A stretch of DNA of 64,000 nucleotides from the human T2T-CHM13v2.0 reference genome, Homo sapiens: the NCBI RefSeq assembly GCF_009914755.1, contig NC_060934.1; one strand, given 5' to 3'. The position numbers were made by a program, and so were the translations under genes. This document shows positions 62,364 through 64,000 of this stretch, piece by piece. Under the pieces are notes generated by a model that was not told the DNA's origin, did not search any database, and saw nothing but the letters and a program-made list of their open reading frames with translations. Positions within the stretch are counted from its first letter, which is position 1; each line of letters starts with the position of its first letter.

Positions 62364-62654
62364 TTTTTTTTTTTGACAGGGTCTGACTCTGTCACCCAAG
62401 CTGGAATGCAGTGGTGCGATCTTGGCTCACCTGCAACCTCCATCTCCTGGGCTCAAGCCATCCTCTCACCACAGCCTCCCAAGTAGCTGGGACTACAGGG
62501 GCGCACCACCACGACCAGCTAATTTTTGTATTTTTAGCAGAGATAGAGTTTCACAACACTGCCCAGGCTGGTCTTGAACTCCTGAGCTCAAGCAATCTGC
62601 CTGCCTTGGCCTCTCAAAGTGCTGGGATTACAGGCATGAGCCACTGTGCCTGGC
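62364..62654 (-). mobile_element. AluJ
   Basis: Antisense Alu with J diagnostics. Confidence 0.95.
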
Positions 62655-62962
62655 ACCTCCTACCCTTTTTTTTAATACCAGCATTTAAAGCTTTAAATCT
62701 TCTTCTAAATGTGGATTTAGTTGCATTTCACAATTATCTTATATTGTGTTTTTATTTTAAGCTAAATTAAAAATATTTTCTATCTTTCTTTGTAATTTCT
62801 TCAACTCATGAATTATTTAGAATTATTACTTAATTTCTAAGTATTTGGAAAATTTTTAAGATTAAAAAATAGTTTCTTAATTTAATTCCAATGAGGTCAA
62901 GAATATTCTCTGTACTATTTCAATTCTTTGAAATTTGACACATTTTATGGCCCAGACTTTAG

Positions 62963-63484
<522 letters not shown>

Positions 63485-64000
63485 TAAAGCAAGAACAGTA
63501 AAATCTTCAACCATACGTCTCAATTTGTTTTTCTCTTCAGTTCTCTTAGAATTTGCTTTGTCTGTTTCAAAGCTCTGTCATTAGATACATACACAATAAA
63601 GAAGGTTATCTTTAAAAAACTTTTTATCATTATGAAATGTTACTGTTTATAACTGACAATATTCTTTGCTTTGAAGTTCATTTTGTCTAATATTAATGTA
63701 TCTACTCCAGCTTTCTTTTGATTATTGTTTACATAGGCTACCGTTTTGTATGATTTCACATTTACCCACTTTAAAGTGAGTTTCTTGTAGACACATTATA
63801 CTTGTGTTTTGCTTTTTAATCCAGGCCAACAATCTCTGCCCTTTAATTCAAACTTGTAATACCATTTACCATTAAACCATTCACAATTAATGTAATCTAA
63901 TGTAAACATAACTCTAGCCAGGTTGAAATCTACCATATTGCTACATAGTTTCTATTTATTATATTTGTTTTATTGTCCTTTTTCCTCTCTTCCTGCCCTT

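Overview
Primate (human-like) nuclear DNA, intergenic or deep intronic. I cannot support any host protein-coding exon, RNA gene, CRISPR array or prokaryotic system, and I cannot name the locus. Roughly half of the window is interspersed repeat: about 20 Alus; a full-length but dead L1PA7-like element (52001-59495, minus) carrying a MER11 (HERV-K11/HML-8) solo LTR; several old L1M, L2 and MIR pieces; MaLR/ERVL/ERV1 solo LTRs; and MER1/2/30/58/82 DNA transposons, many with readable target-site duplications (TSDs). The recognisable ORF-track entries are Alu or L1 derived, and the rest look like chance ORFs. The most informative signals are structural: an ancient L1 with twin-priming 5' inversion geometry, a ~125-bp local sequence copied into that L1's 3' end, 4- and 5-level transposon nests, an Alu plus full-length L1 bracketed by one TSD, a duplication-plus-hairpin micro-rearrangement, and a few repeat-free motif clusters that may be enhancers. 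Subfamily names come from remembered consensus sequences and need RepeatMasker/Dfam confirmation.
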